A stretch of DNA of 64,000 bases, counting the filler, from Circinaria calcarea (lineage: Eukaryota), in the NCBI GenBank assembly GCA_051942165.1. It is 31 parts of 31 records of this genome, joined end to end, with 100 filler letters (N's around TTAATTAATTAA, not from the genome) between each part and the next. Parts side by side here need not be neighbours in the genome. Positions count along the whole stretch, not along the records: positions 22,899 to 24,873 come from JAVECS010004024.1; positions 24,974 to 26,947 come from JAVECS010004025.1; positions 27,048 to 29,021 come from JAVECS010004026.1; positions 29,122 to 31,094 come from JAVECS010004027.1; positions 31,195 to 33,167 come from JAVECS010004028.1; positions 33,268 to 35,240 come from JAVECS010004029.1; positions 35,341 to 37,312 come from JAVECS010004030.1; 24 more parts are not named here. One strand, 5' to 3'. This document shows positions 23,086-37,178 of this stretch, one piece after another. The notes under the pieces were generated by a model that saw nothing but the letters and a program-made list of their open reading frames with translations, ran no database searches and had not been told where the DNA came from. Both the position numbers and the translations under genes were made by a program. Each line of letters starts with the position of its first letter. The stretch's first letter is position 1.

Positions 23086-24973
23086 GGGGGAGGGAAGGGA
23101 GTTTGATACTGTATAAAGAGCATGGACGTTGGAGTTTGGGCGAATGCAAGCTGCCACTTTTGATTCTTTGATTTTCAAAGTGGTTTCGAGGCCTCGAGGG
23201 ATCTAAAAAATGGCGTTCGTTTTGGACTAAGATTGATATGCGAGGGTATTGCCCCTAACAAAACTAGGACTCGCCACACATTATACCGAATGCTCCCGAT
23301 ACTTCAAAGGCACGAAACCACCAGCAAAACTTCCAATGATCCATAAACAGCAGCAATCAAATAAAGTCTCTCAAACGAACGAAAGTACCCCTTGCCTTCC
23401 ATTCAAACATCAAGGCCTGTCCACACCTCGGGCAAATTTGGCCTCAAAATAGGCCTTGTCAGGTAGTGCCTCGATGTCCCCCTCGAGTCCATCCAATTTC
23501 TCATTCGCCCGTTTCAGCGACAACATAATAGAGCAAATCTCTTCATGCTGCCGTATCCTTCCACCCCCCTCCAGGCAGCGGTGAGTTGTTCATTTCTTCA
23601 TATACCCGCATCCGAGATTCATTCCGCAGCATCATCTTCATCGTTACCATCCGTGACATCCCCACCTTGGCCGGCGCCGTACCCATAGTCTACCTACCCT
23701 TCATCCATCTCCATCCGCTCCACCCCGTTGTCTATACTTTCTTCATCTTGGGTGAAGGCTTCATCGTCACCCCCTTCCCCTTGAGCGAAGGCTTCGCCAC
23801 CAACACATCCTTCATCCAATGATCCATCCGAGTCTGCATCAAGGTCTACGGTCAAACGCTTTGATTTACGCCTTGGTTTTGTTAGCAATGGGAAAATCCG
23901 CGATAGAAACTTTCTCGAAGAACTCTTCTTTTTTCCATAAAGCGTCAAATATATCAAGCAAATGTTGCCGCGTGTATTTGAAATATCGTTCGACCGCTAT
24001 ATTTTTCTGAAGGAGGTCTCTCCAAGTCCCCAATTTTTTTCTCGATTGGACATCATACGCCAACTGCTTTGATCGCCCCCCCCCCCAGCAAACCAGGGGA
24101 AAGCTGATACTTCGCCTGTATAGAAATAATATTCAGTTGAAATTGATAAAACCCTTCCGAGAATATCAAAATATTCATTTGCATCAGCCGCATTCCCAGG
24201 TAAACAACTGTCTACAGCGTTTTTGATTATATTCACATATAGTGCATTACCATATCAATCCTTTCGCACAAGGGTGGCGGTGCTTCTCGTGGCGTAGCCG
24301 TTGCCGCCGTGGCGTGGCGGTTGGAAATCTGTTGAAGGTGTACATGTGAACGTGGAACCGGTGGCCATTGCCGATGCCCCATCCACCACCACCACGGCTT
24401 CTTCGAAAGACAGCTGAGAGACCTAGACCTTTCTCGGTGGTCTCTCGGAGGCCCCCTTCCAGTTTGGCCCATGCCATCCCAAAGCGTAAGCGTAAGCCCG
24501 AGCCTGCGGTTTTGGTGAGCCGCATGCTCTTTTCTAACCTCCAATTCGGTTTTACCATACCGGTCCTGCTGGCGATATTGATGTCGTTTTTCTGGCCTGC
24601 TTTTGTGGGAAGGTTCTGGTATATCATACATGTCTGTGGTGGTATTCTGCATCAGTTCTTTTGTAGCTTACGTTGTATTGTGTAGGTTGACTGCTTGTGG
24701 CAGGGAGGCTGTAGATGAGAAGGGAGAGGAATGAGGAAATTGTGTTGATACTACGGGTTTGGGTTTTAATAAAGGAGGTCTTGACGCTTCTGGAAGATCT
24801 GATGAGCGTATCATATATAGAAATTCGGGCATCAAACCATAGGAGATAATATAGTAGATTCCATTGAATTTCANNNNNNNNNNNNNNNNNNNNNNNNNNN
24901 NNNNNNNNNNNNNNNNNTTAATTAATTAANNNNNNNNNNNNNNNNNNNNNNNNNNNNNNNNNNNNNNNNNNNN

Positions 24974-25816
24974 GTATTCTGCAGCTTGATCGTAGAAGTC
25001 AGAGACCTTGGCAGCCAATCTTGAAATCAAAGAATCCTTATATCCGTTCTTAATTGCCATTGACCATGAACATTCCTGAGCTTGAGCTAGTAGCAGTTGC
25101 TCAAGACATTCCAGTGTCATCGTATCCATATCCTCCGGTGGGGTGGAGCGCATATCAGGGATGATATCGGTTTTGAGATATCTAATAGCCCCAGCAGCTT
25201 GGCAGAAGTAGCTGTTTGCCGACTTCAAACCCTCACTAGTACTCCGATTCAAGGAGACGGCGAGCTGAGAATACAAGGCGGCAAGGTTGAACAGGATATT
25301 TGCGAGCTCGAAGCGAAGATTATTTTGCGACTCTGTGCTTGTTAGTCTATCTAGTGGCTGTGAACCCGAAGGTCCAACAAACCGGGTCTTTCTGTGTTGA
25401 AACCTAGGGCAGGATACCATATAAAGTCCACTCCAATCTGTTACGCGTCCAAACTGTCAGCCGGCCCTCTGCGTTCAACTCTGTATTGAATTCCTTATGA
25501 GCATCCGGTTGACTAACTCACATCGATTGGAAACTTTCCCCCCATCCAAACAAGCTGTGCCGCGTACGCTGCCAATTTCCTGATCCCACTGACATGAGCC
25601 TCTAGTGAAGTGACGGCTTCCATCCGTAGTCGATCTATGGTTTCGAGGTCGTGAATGAACATATCAGGATGTTGGTCATATTTGGTGGATATGTACTGTT
25701 TAATAGCGACTGAAAGGGATACCGAGTGAGTCCTCCGGAAGGGAAGAAACAGTATATTCCTAATAGGGAGGTCAGTTAAGCGCTCTGTTTCTGGATTTTT
25801 ATACTTACGAAGCCAT
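24974..25816 (-). CDS. palA: pH-response regulator PalA/Rim20 (BRO1 domain), N-terminal exons
   Basis: NILFLPFRRT..LS.AIKQYISTKYDQHPDMF, GKFPID|IGVDFIWYPALG, FELANILFNLAALYSQLA, LLLAQAQEC. Confidence 0.92.
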
Positions 25817-26468
25817 GACACGCAGTGTGAGCAATGGGTATGATTGAGGAGAAATACAAATTCTCTGTGACCCCGTTGAGATTTTGGGATAAGACGCTGG
25901 TAACACCTTCGGTTAACAATGGGGCCCTCGCTGACGTAGTGGGGCACAGTGCCTGTCAATTACGGACGGGCTTATTAGCATCTGATGATTGTAGCCCTAC
26001 TACGGTAGGGCCAAACGAGGTGTAAAAGTCATTACCTTGGGCTCCTCCTACTGCGTAAAAGATTCCTACTCATGGACCACTTATATTTGATAATGGCCTA
26101 GATTACCGCACCTAAAAACTTTCCCAGAGGTTAGATAGGAAAGGCCCGATGTGAAGGTCTCAATTTGAATGTGATCTACTTATCACTATGTACAAGTCGC
26201 GCTCGAAACTTTAGTGGAACAATGCTTTGCTGTTGTTGAGGTATTGCTAAATACAGGCAATAATGGAACGCCTGGAGAGCTATCCTCCAACGCCCAAGCA
26301 ATAGACTACATCTATAGGAACACCTCGGATTCTTTACCATTGATCTAACGGCCAATTATCATTCACAGCAATGTAGCTCTCACAATGCCGGAAACAGGGA
26401 AATGGTGTGACGAGAGGAGAGTCAGCAAGGACTTGGTTTCTAAGCTCCAAGTAAGACAGCTGATATAC

Positions 26469-26947
26469 TCACGCCTTTGAGAGGTCTATAAGTCGCGCGT
26501 TTTGGGCAATCCAGCGATTAGCGAATGCCTCTTCTGTGAACCGTCTCGCTGAGAGGCGAGATCTTCGTCGCATTGCCAGTATGTCTGCAGGCGAGAGCGA
26601 TAGTGCCTGCGAAAAAGCAGTCGCATACTCTGCCACGGTAGTCGCATGAAATCCAGTTGGCCCTCCATCAAAATCCACTACAATATCTTCCTTAGGCCCT
26701 CCGCTATCGTTAACGACACTGATAAGCCCGGCCGCTTGATACTCGACCACTCCAATACCAAAATGCTCATTCCACATCCCATTTACTCCAATCCAACTCT
26801 TCCCCAACCATTTCAGGATTTCTGGCCACGGAGCGTCGCAAATGAATTGGACATCGTCTTTGATCTTTAGCTCGTGGGCAAGGAGTCGAAGATCGTATAC
26901 TCTTGTGGCATCGTCGCTGTGGCGTACGCTGCCAATGAGGACAAGTT
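26469..26947 (-). CDS. ALG11: Alpha-1,2-mannosyltransferase Alg11, C-terminal part
   Basis: LVLIGSVR, GVNGMWNEHFGIGVVEYQAAGLISVVNDSGGPKEDIV. Confidence 0.93.
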
Positions 26948-27061
26948 NNNNNNNNNNNNNNNNNNNNNNNNNNNNNNNNNNNNNNNNNNNNTTAATTAAT
27001 TAANNNNNNNNNNNNNNNNNNNNNNNNNNNNNNNNNNNNNNNNNNNNACCTCTACCCCACA

Positions 27062-28005
27062 ATGGGCAAAGCAAACAAAAGAAAAACCCCCAAACCTCCA
27101 TCTCACCCTTATCATATATCAGCCCACCCGCCCTCGAAACTGAATGCCCCCAAATCGAAAGCTAAACACCCACAATCGCATTCCAGACGTCCCACCATCC
27201 CCTTCTCAGCCTCTGATCGCATCCTCCTTGTCGGCGAAGGTACCTCCCCCCACCCGGCGGCATTATCAGACTTTATCCCTACTGCCTTTGCTAACGCGCA
27301 CACCTTCAAGGTGACTTCTCCTTCGCTCACTCCCTGCTAACCCACCACGCCTGCACCTCCCTCACGGCAACCAGCTACGATCCCCTGCCCGTCCTCCAAA
27401 AAAAATACCCCCAAGCTGCTTCCCACATCCAAGACCTCGAGGCCGCAGAGCAGACTGTCCTTCACGGCATCGATGCTACGAAGCTGGGCCATCCGACCGC
27501 GGGGGGAGGGAAAAAACTCGGTCGAGCCGGGGGCTTCGATAGGGTGATTTTCAACTTCCCGCATACGGGAGGTTTGACAAAGGATGTGAATCGGCAGGTT
27601 CGAGCGAACCAGGAACTCCTGGTTGGGTTTTTCAAGTCGGCTATGCCACTGCTTCGCTCCTCGCGGACAACGCCAGACAGGGACGCAGGAGAGGAAAGCG
27701 AAGCAGGCGGCCCTACCATCATCATGACCCTATTCGCCGGCCAACCCTACGAGCTGTGGAACGTGCGCGATCTGGCGAGGCATGTGGGATTAGTGGTACA
27801 GAGGAGTTTCCGCTTCGAGTGGGAGGTCTATCCGGGCTATCAGCATCGGAGGACGTTAGGGAACGTAGAAGGAGGCGGGGGATGGAAAGGGGAGGAGCGG
27901 AGCGCGAGGACGTTTATCTTTGAGGTGCCTGAGGTCGATGATTGGCGGAAGGTTAGGGAGAAGCAGTTGAGGAAGGCTGGAGAGGATGAGGATGAGGAGG
28001 ATTGA
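27062..28005 (+). CDS. BMT5: 25S rRNA (uridine-N3)-methyltransferase Bmt5-like (DUF2431)
   Basis: RILLVGE|GDFSFA, GIDATKL, FDRVIFNFPHTGG..KDVNRQVRANQELL, YPGYQHRRTLG; one intron at about 27240-27310. Confidence 0.9.
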
Positions 28006-30630
28006 AGAACAGGGCCTGATGGTTCGCCACCCCAGTTTACGAAAGCAGAGGAGCTCGGCCAGAAGATACTCGCTCGAGTGTGTGCTATTCTATCGTTGGA
28101 AGCCCCCTATCTGCCTGGAGAACCCGCTTTTCCGGTGCTACAATGGAACGAGTAGATGGCATCTATGACTTCTCCGTTTCACCGCCGACCCGCATTCCCT
28201 TGTTCCTCTGGCTCAGGCCTGGCCCGGTTTCCTACGCCCTCTCACCCCGTTAGCAGATCACCTCCCGTGATCGCGCACTAGGAGCCCCGTGGGGTCGCTA
28301 CTTAGGCACGTCCTCGACGGACAGATGACGCAGAAGGGGACGTTCCAAATCCTATCAAACGAATACCAAATCCCAGCCAAAGCTCAAAGGCACCGACCTT
28401 GGCTGAGGACAGCCCTCTCATGCCAAGGAGATGGCTATCCGGGAAACTCAGGTGGTCCTTCTTCCCATCACGGCGAGATTTCTAATCGTAGCTCCCCAAC
28501 TTTCCTTTAGTGGTGATGGGCTACCTGAACGGCGTAGGCACTTGTATATACTGGCGATGGGGTTGTCGAGGTTATATGGAGCAGGTAGAACGAAACCCCA
28601 TGTTGGCAACGCATAGGCCTCTACAAACATATATATATATATTATATACACCCTGAACTTAGTATGGGGGATTGCTGTTCCGGGACGGGAAAGGGAGCAA
28701 AACCGCTTTAGAGGGAACACCGGGGGAGCACCGGGGGAATACCGGGGGAACATTAGGGGAGCACTAGGGCGCAGTAAACGAGTAAAGAAGGGCGTAATAA
28801 AAAAGGAAAAGTTCTGGCTGTTAAATAGAGAACCAAGTATACTGTGTGCCGAACTTCTGTATGCAGAAGTTCTGTACTACCCGTATTAGTAGTAGCGCGG
28901 GTAGCAGGGTTTTCCCCTTTACTTCGCACTTTACGAACTATACATATTATACAATATATCGACTATTGCGTACACTTCTAATACCGTTCCAATACATTAT
29001 TTAAATCACTCCCTACTAAACNNNNNNNNNNNNNNNNNNNNNNNNNNNNNNNNNNNNNNNNNNNNTTAATTAATTAANNNNNNNNNNNNNNNNNNNNNNN
29101 NNNNNNNNNNNNNNNNNNNNNGTTCCCCGCCCTCCCGGATCTAATCAACTAGAAACCCAACCCCCAGCTCCGGATCATCTACCTATTCCTAAAAGCCGGC
29201 AGAACTACCCTCTCCAATCTCATAGACTAACACGCCCTCATTACATTTCATATAGCATAGGAAGTGAACATCCCATGCCATACAGCGGTATAGCAGGCAG
29301 ACCATTCTCAACCTCATATTTTGGGGAATTCACATTGATCGGTGGGAAACTTTGATGAATGGAAATGACTTGTACGAAGTGTCAAAGGGGTTGGCGTCCC
29401 CACCCCTTCCTTCCTTGCTCCCCCGTCTCCAATCAGCTTGTCACCCACCTACCCACCATTCCCACCTCGCCGTTTACAGAAAAACCCCCTGACCTCTCCT
29501 ACTCAGAACCGTAAAAAATTGAATTCGACGCCTCCTCTCTTTCCAGCTAAAAGCCCACCATTGGCCGTGATGGAAATCCAATTCTATTCTCTTATACAAG
29601 GCATCGATACGCACGTATGCATATTGAGGATAAGGGATGTTTGAAGAGGCATAGGGAGCACAAGCCAAAGAGAAAAACGGATAGAGTTAACCACGCCTTT
29701 TGGAAAACCAAACTCCAACTATTCCCCACATCATAATTATATAAACCGATTGCCTTCCCCGCCTTCCCTTCCCAACTAGCTCACAACCAAAAAAAAATCC
29801 GGGAACACATGGCACTTTTGAGCCGTTCTTTCCCCTTTTTCCCCTCAACCGCGGGTTGGAGGAAAGAGAGAGAAAGTCTTCGGAGGGGGAGGGTTGTGTG
29901 GAGGTTGGAAAAAGAAGAAAGGGCGAGGGAAGCCAGGAAGAAAGAGGAGAGAGGAGAGAAACAGCAAGCCGCCAGAAACCGGGAAACTCCCCGGTATCCA
30001 ATTCACCTTCTGACCGCATGATGGATTCCCCCACACAGGCAAAAAGCCGCCAGCAGGCAGGAGCACCGCACGCATAAAGGAGAGGGGGGGAAAAAAGGGA
30101 TCTTCCATTTTTGTTCCCCTTATTTCTAAACATGGAATTGGGGAATTGGGATATTTGGCGAGGACAGACAAGAGGTGGGATTAGGGAAAGGACGAACATG
30201 TAAAAAACGCAGGGGTGGAGATGTGAGAAGGGAAAAAAATTTCCGGGGGAAGTCGAGGAGTGGGGGAGGGATAGATGGTACGGATTAGAGAGAGTGTTTA
30301 TTAGCGGCTAGATATATTGCTTTTCCCCTTCATAACCGTTCTACAACACCATCTTCTTCCAAAAATATCCTCATACTAGTAAATACCTCACAAGCTACAA
30401 CCCTGATCACAGAGCGGAGAAAAAGAAAGACAAGAAACGGTTTTTCCCACTTGTTTTCAATTCCATTCTATTTAAAGTACACTTGAACTTGCTTACCCCC
30501 CCCCCCCTTTTCCCTTTTCCAGAATAAGAAAAAAAGGGGAAAAGTAGGCGCAGCCCCTGACGACTGTCCTACGAATAATCTCCCCGATTTTTCATCCCAT
30601 CACCTTTCCCAACCCTTCACCCTTACCCCC

Positions 30631-31094
30631 TCACATCACCACACTCGTCTCCTCCTCCTCCTCCTCCTCCTCATCCTCGTCGTCGGTGGAGAAATAAAAG
30701 AAAGGGGAATCGGAGGACTCCTCGTCCTCACTTCCCTCCTCATCTTCACCCTCATCTTCATCCTCCTCGCTCTCCTCCCCCGCTTCATCTCCATCCTCCA
30801 TACGGGAGGCCGCCTCCTCCTCCTCCGAGGACTCTTCCACCGCATCACGCAGCACACCAGCATCATCCATACACGCTACTGCCCTCACTGGCAAAGCCGG
30901 CATCCCCGACATCCCTGGCCCCGTCGCTCCACCCCGAAACCTCGACGCGTTATCCACCCACCACTGCAGCTCATCCTCATTCGTAACCGAGTAAAAGAAG
31001 TCATGACTCAGCAGGACATTCCCCCCCAGCCTCAATCGCTCCCGGCACGTCTCCTCGCCGACGGCGCCGTAGAAGAACATCAGATCGCGCGGCT
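30631..31094 (-). CDS. C-terminus of an unknown protein with an acidic tail
   Basis: GC-rich open frame from the contig edge ending in a D/E-rich tract. Confidence 0.5.
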
Positions 31095-31194
31095 NNNNNN
31101 NNNNNNNNNNNNNNNNNNNNNNNNNNNNNNNNNNNNNNTTAATTAATTAANNNNNNNNNNNNNNNNNNNNNNNNNNNNNNNNNNNNNNNNNNNN

Positions 31195-31610
31195 ATATAA
31201 TATTAAGAAATAATTTATTATATATATTATTATATTTATTTTATTTATTTTATTTATATTTTAAATATTTTAAATATATTAAATAACCGTATTTAACGTA
31301 TTTATTTTATTTATGCCCAAAGTATTTTAAATATATTAAATAACCGGCTTTAAGAATTCTTCCGTTCCGGAATTCGTCCCAATCGGGTCCTAATATATAT
31401 TATGGTGCGGGCGCCATAACACGTAGTATTTCAGTATGGGCAAAATCTACGTGAAGTATAAAAATTTATGAATTCGTAAAAAAAGAAGTAATATTTTTAT
31501 ATATATTCCACCACGTTAATTACTCGCGTAATAACCCACGTAAACACGTATTTCTGCGTGTAGGTATCTAATTCGATATATAAATAAAGTGCGTGGTAAA
31601 TAATCGTCGT
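31195..31610. repeat. AT-rich, probably RIP-degenerate repeat
   Basis: Strong TpA enrichment and low GC; internal direct repeat attttaaatatattaaataaccg. Confidence 0.6.
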
Positions 31611-33167
31611 TTAAGTATCCCAGCTAGGGGCGTATATATTTACATTATTAATCGCCTTGCATGCCGTTTTTCCAGCGTCGATAAATGCCTTGGGCCCCGA
31701 GATATACACCCACATGCTACCCTCTGGGTTGCCCTCCCGCAATCTCATCAGCTTGTTGTACATATCGATACGTGGTCGTCGTTGGCCCGTTAGATGTGTT
31801 TGCACCTCCAAGCCCGACAAGGTATCCAAGAAGGGCAGCTCGATCCAATCCTCACTCCTGACAGTCCAGATGACAACACATTTCTGCCAAGGTACTGTTG
31901 CAGCTCCAGACGCACAGCAGGTATCTCCACCCTTGGCTATCGCACGTAACCTTTGCACCTCCGTAAACGCACCGACAACAGCGATGGCACCACTGATTCC
32001 GGTTCCGGCCACAAGGCATACCACGGTGCTGTAGCTGGAGGGATAAGCAGGTGAGAAATACGGCCCTTCGAGACGCAGCGAGATGTTAATCTTTGGAGAT
32101 GAATCGTGAAAGGGAGCCATAACATGGGACTCTAACTCCATGTCATCTTTCTTTGAAGGCGACTCCACTGGGGGCTTTGCAAACGGGTTGTCCTGATGAA
32201 CTAGGTCCGCCAACTTGTTCGTCCATTCGGTATTTTGTACCCCCTTTTCCCTCTTTAGAGAGAGGCCTACCAGTGAACGAAGGGCATTGTAGCGAGCATT
32301 CTTTCCAGAGTAGCTTGCCTTGCCAGCTTTTCGGAAAAGAAACTGGACTTCGAAGCTGTCATCAGCCGCAGGCGTCGCTGCGTTTTGGGCTGCTAATGGT
32401 GTAATTGTTGTGAAAGGATGTAGTTCCCGGATGGAGGAACCGGCATGGTGGATGTAAAAGTGAGCCAGCGGCGATTTACAAGAGCAGCCGGTTAACCTTG
32501 AACGAGGAAGAGAGACGGTAATGCTATTCACTATTAGCATATTGGTAGAATTTGAGTATAACAATATACACCGACCAATACCATCCATTACCCAATGCGG
32601 CAATAGATCCAGGAAGGGACCTCCTTAGCTCATGCAAGCGCATACCCCAATCCAGAATCCACATTGCTATACCTGGAGATGTGCAATAAAACATGGTGCT
32701 AGCATGAAGACATATAACAATGACCATTGGAATGCTAAGAAGATGAGTAAAGTAAAAGGTATTGAAATACCGTGATCGAATTCTAGGAAGGGTAGTGAGA
32801 GAGATTATAAACATAATGGTAGAAGTTGTTATCCCAGTGAAAATTAGAGATGCACGCCAGACACCTAGCGTCGAGGTGTTCCCTGGCCAGGTTTCGTGGT
32901 AAAGGTAGGTTGGATTCAGTATCGGGAAAACCTTTCGAAGGCTGTCTGAAAGAGAGTTGAAAACAGGTACCCAGGAGAGATAGAGAAAACCATGGATCAG
33001 GACAAGGAGGAACAATGTATATGCTGCGAACATGTGATTGGCCAGAGTTGTCGATGGTGAGAGTTTGAAGAAAGATGCGAGGGCACTATGTCTAGCGATG
33101 GGCATGAGGACCATTCCCATGGTTATATCGCAAAGATGACCGGTGAGAGCAACGGCTGCCAATAGAT
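31611..33167 (-). CDS. Ferric reductase-like transmembrane oxidoreductase (5'-truncated)
   Basis: Heme-binding His-containing TM helices, FAD motif HPFT, LEGPY, LVAGTGI, YISGP; intron near 32523-32575. Confidence 0.9.
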
Positions 33168-33284
33168 NNNNNNNNNNNNNNNNNNNNNNNNNNNNNNNNN
33201 NNNNNNNNNNNTTAATTAATTAANNNNNNNNNNNNNNNNNNNNNNNNNNNNNNNNNNNNNNNNNNNNTACTCCAACTTTACTTC

Positions 33285-34591
33285 ATGGAGCCTTACATCA
33301 GCAATATGCCCAACGGAAGCCTGACCATCGAATGGGACACGACGTTGCAGGCCATCGACCAAAGACATATTTCAGAGGAGCTTTGCCGGGATGAACGCAG
33401 TCGGCGGATATCACTCATAAATCAACTTTCCCATCTACCCGACAGTGAAGGCTTCCAAATACAGAGATGGCTCAAAGGACTTCCGTATGAGGCTGTGCTA
33501 GAGTCCGTGGTAAGACGGACCAAAAACGTCGAGCTGCAAAACGGCATCAAGAAAGAAAATCTCTCCAGCTATCGGCTCATTATCAGGTTACTTAGTGATG
33601 AGGAGGTCGAGAATATTCCGGGGAATCTAAACCTTCGTCATAGGAGAAGCATTGGCAGTGAAGTCTCTATTAGAAATGCGGGCCGGCCAGAGGCAGAAGA
33701 TAACCTTATTGGTCAACCTCAACTCGTCTTGAGTAAACGAGATGCTGCCGGCGGAGCTCTTCCAGAATTTTCTTTGGACCGACGCACTTTTGTCAAAGTC
33801 CACAAGTCGCATCTGGAACCAGCGACGCTGGATATGTATGGGTTACCCTGGGTCTGGGACCATGTAAGCCTATCCCCGCTAATGTTTGCGTACCAAACAT
33901 GTATTAGAGCTAATACATTCAACAGCGCGATCCAGACTACATTCTCATCAAACGGTGGATCCCCGGCTACGATCAAGACATTCTCTTCGAGCACACTCGC
34001 TTGTTACGCAGGCGACAAGATGCCAAGCCAACATTTGTGAGAATCCACCGGAAACATATTAGCCGCGATACTCTCGATGTATGCAATTTGCCGTGGGAAT
34101 GTGATCCGCACGATTCACAGTACATCATCATTAAACGGTGGATTGACGAAGAGTTTCTGGATCTTCTCTTTGATCATACGCGGATGATGCGCGCTAGGCG
34201 GGGTATCGGGCAGAAAAGACCGTCGGATGCTCCCATACCATGGAACGATATGAATAGTCCGCGCTGTCTTTTCGATATTCCCGATTCCGAGATTCCAGGC
34301 GATGATATCGCAGATTCTTTACTGAGCAAGTGCCAAACGATGGAAGCTGCAAAGCAAGCGTTGGAGGCTGCGGTGAGGAAGCGGGATGCGGCAAGGGCTG
34401 GAAAGACCGGGGCCGGGCAGGCGAGGGGTGTAGGTGGAGAGGAGAGGAACGAGAGTGTGGATGAGTTGCTGGGGAGATATACGACCTTATTCGATACAAT
34501 GCCGTCCGAGACTGCCACTGAGACAACAGCTCCGGCTGTGGATGGTAATATAGTCGAAGGGGAAGAATCAAAGATCGAGATGGAAATTTGA
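33285..34591 (+). CDS. Fungal hypothetical protein with two tandem copies of an approximately 55-aa domain
   Basis: TFVKVHKSHLEPATLDMYGLPWVWDH|RDPDYILIKRWIP..QDILFEHTR and TFVRIHRKHISRDTLDVCNLPWECD..DSQYIIIKRWIDE..DLLFDHTR; intron at about 33864-33925. Confidence 0.75.
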
Positions 34592-35340
34592 ATCGGGGAA
34601 GATCGAGCGGTATGCAGGAGCGAGGCAAGGAGAAAGAGGGATTCATTCGGCGAAGGAGTGAGCCGGGAAGAGCGGCAACTTTACTTGACGTAGCCGTGGA
34701 GGCTGCGTTGAAATTGGGTATCTCTCGTCTTTTTCTCTTTCTTTCTCTTTTGGCTGGATAATTACGATTACGATTACGATTATATCACACAATGACCCCG
34801 AAAATAAAAATCCAAACACTCCAAAAAAAATTCCTTACAAGAAATATCTTGTCGAACTTTACGGGTCTCTGAATACTCGCAGTGAAGTGTAATAAGTAGG
34901 CACTGAGTCACGTCTCTATTACGTGTGCACAATGCAGTAAGTGAGGGCAATTCATACACTATGATTCGAATGCAATTCGTGTTCATTCGGAATCTATGAA
35001 AAGTCCATGGTTTTTATGAAGGAGAAAAAACAACGCTTTTATGTGTGTGACGCGAAGGCGCTAATGCCTCGCTTTACTGGGTCCGAGACTCGCGAGTTCA
35101 CGTGCATGGTGCCACAGTTCGACATATCTGATATACCCCCGAAAGATCCAAGGGGGCGGTTTTTAAATCATGATTGATCATCTCAAACCGAATTTCCTTC
35201 CAGCTGCTGGAAGGACTCTTTTTTTTGATTGTGGGGGGGGNNNNNNNNNNNNNNNNNNNNNNNNNNNNNNNNNNNNNNNNNNNNTTAATTAATTAANNNN
35301 NNNNNNNNNNNNNNNNNNNNNNNNNNNNNNNNNNNNNNNN

Positions 35341-36960
35341 TTATTAATTAATTTATTATATGAGTTTTCTAGCGATGTGTGCTCGTTTATATAATATGTG
35401 TTCGTGTGTGCACCGCTGATATAGTCGTGTAGGGCTGCCACCGCTGTCGTGTTATATAACGCCGCCCTTGCCGCTGCTGCATTTCAGTAGAACTCTATCC
35501 TTGTCGTAGGACAACAGCAACTCGCCCCCTTCGCGCACAGTCCGCAGGGTCGTGCTGTCCTAACCTTACCGGGCCTGGACGTGGAGTTTGTACGCGGCAG
35601 TATAACTCCCGCTCAAGTTGGCAGCCACCGACCCTCGTACATCAACGCGATTCTTATCAAGCCTCGTGGCCGGGGGGGGGGAGGCAGGGGCTACGGCCCA
35701 GAATACAATCGTCATCAGATAGGTACGTACGATGTTTCCTTTCTTTTTCTCCTTCCTCCTCCTTCTTTCTTTCCCTTGGTTCCTCCTCTTCCAATCTTTG
35801 CCTCCGCCCCTTATATCTCTTTTCACCTGAGCGTACGGCCTATACCTCTACGCGGTGTTTAGGATCAGTAGCCCTTCGTGGATGAAGCTAAGATAGGCCT
35901 CTTAGAATAAATTAACAGGATAATAATAAATAATAAATCTAAATCTCTGCGTACGTACTTAAGATGCTGTTTTCTTTAAATAATTTAATAAATTAAATAA
36001 GCTGTATAAAGTTAATTTCCTCGTTATTATACGAGCTCGACCTCTTTTATTACCACCGCGATAAGGGTTCCAGTAGCTTACCGTTTCCGTATTTTATTAA
36101 TAATAACTTTCCGCCGGTTAAATATAACCCGTTCGGTTTAAGCAGAACACTAAATAGGTTCATACGTTGTTTTTTATAACTTAAACAGCGGGGCTATGCT
36201 CTAGGCCTGCCGTTCACTCCGGCTATAAATTAGATATAGATTCGATCGTACGGGACAGTAAATAAATAGGCAGTAAAATAGAGATTAGATTCGACCCCGA
36301 CACGCCCATAGATAAGCTAGGCCCTAAAGTTGGTCCCGGCGTATATATAAGCGCAGGTATTAACGTGGACATAGAAATAAATAGGCGTACGGTTAGATAA
36401 AGAGATTTAGAAATAATAACAGACTGTGGACCTACTACGAACGAAAACGGGAATATCGTAAGGATTAAGGCGGAGGCCGGTTAAATAGTAAAAAAAACGA
36501 GTGTTAAGACTCTACCCGAGAACCCCTACGAACCCTACGGGTGAACTATACACCGAGGTCACGAGATGTTGGCTTAGCGAGAAAGATTTTTTTCGCGAAG
36601 CGTTACACCAGAATTCTTTAGCAATAATTTATACGCTTACGCGAACCCATTGAGCTTATTATAATATAATTTATCGACCCTTATCGTAAAATCATTATAC
36701 TATTCGTAAAGAATCCTTACAACGAGATTAATGAAGGAATTATTAAGCCGGGTAATAAAATTATTCAGCGTATAATATATTTTTATTTCTTATTCGTTAA
36801 TATTCTGCTGAAGGCCTTATTATATAACGTTTATACGTTCGGCGATAATAGGCATAGTTTTATGAATCTGGTTTTCTTTAGGCTTCTTAAAATCCTTTAA
36901 AGACTGGTAACGCGCGCCAGCGCGTAATACCCTGAAACGAATTTTATCTAGTGATTAATT
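35341..36960. mobile_element. Probable RIP-degenerate repetitive element, family not identifiable
   Basis: TpA-rich, CpA/TpG-poor, stop-riddled sequence; no diagnostic motif recognised. Confidence 0.45.
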
Positions 36961-37178
36961 GCAGTATAGCATGGAGCTGCAGCATAGCATAAAGCTGTAG
37001 TATAGCATAGAGCTATAGTATGGTATGGAGCTATAATATGGCATGGAGCTGCAGTATAGCATAAAGCTACAGCATAACATGGAGCTGCAGCATAGCATGG
37101 AGCTGCAGCATAGCATAGAGCTGCAGTATAGCATAAAGCTATAGCATAGCATAGAGCTACAGTATGGCGTAAAGCTAC
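36961..37178. repeat. 18-bp tandem array (gcagcatagcatggagct), about 12 copies
   Basis: Units differ almost only by C/T and G/A transitions. Confidence 0.92.

Noticed and set aside
23430..24685. Chain of minus-strand ORF fragments
   Set aside because: Could be a decayed gene, but I found no consistent splice model or homology.
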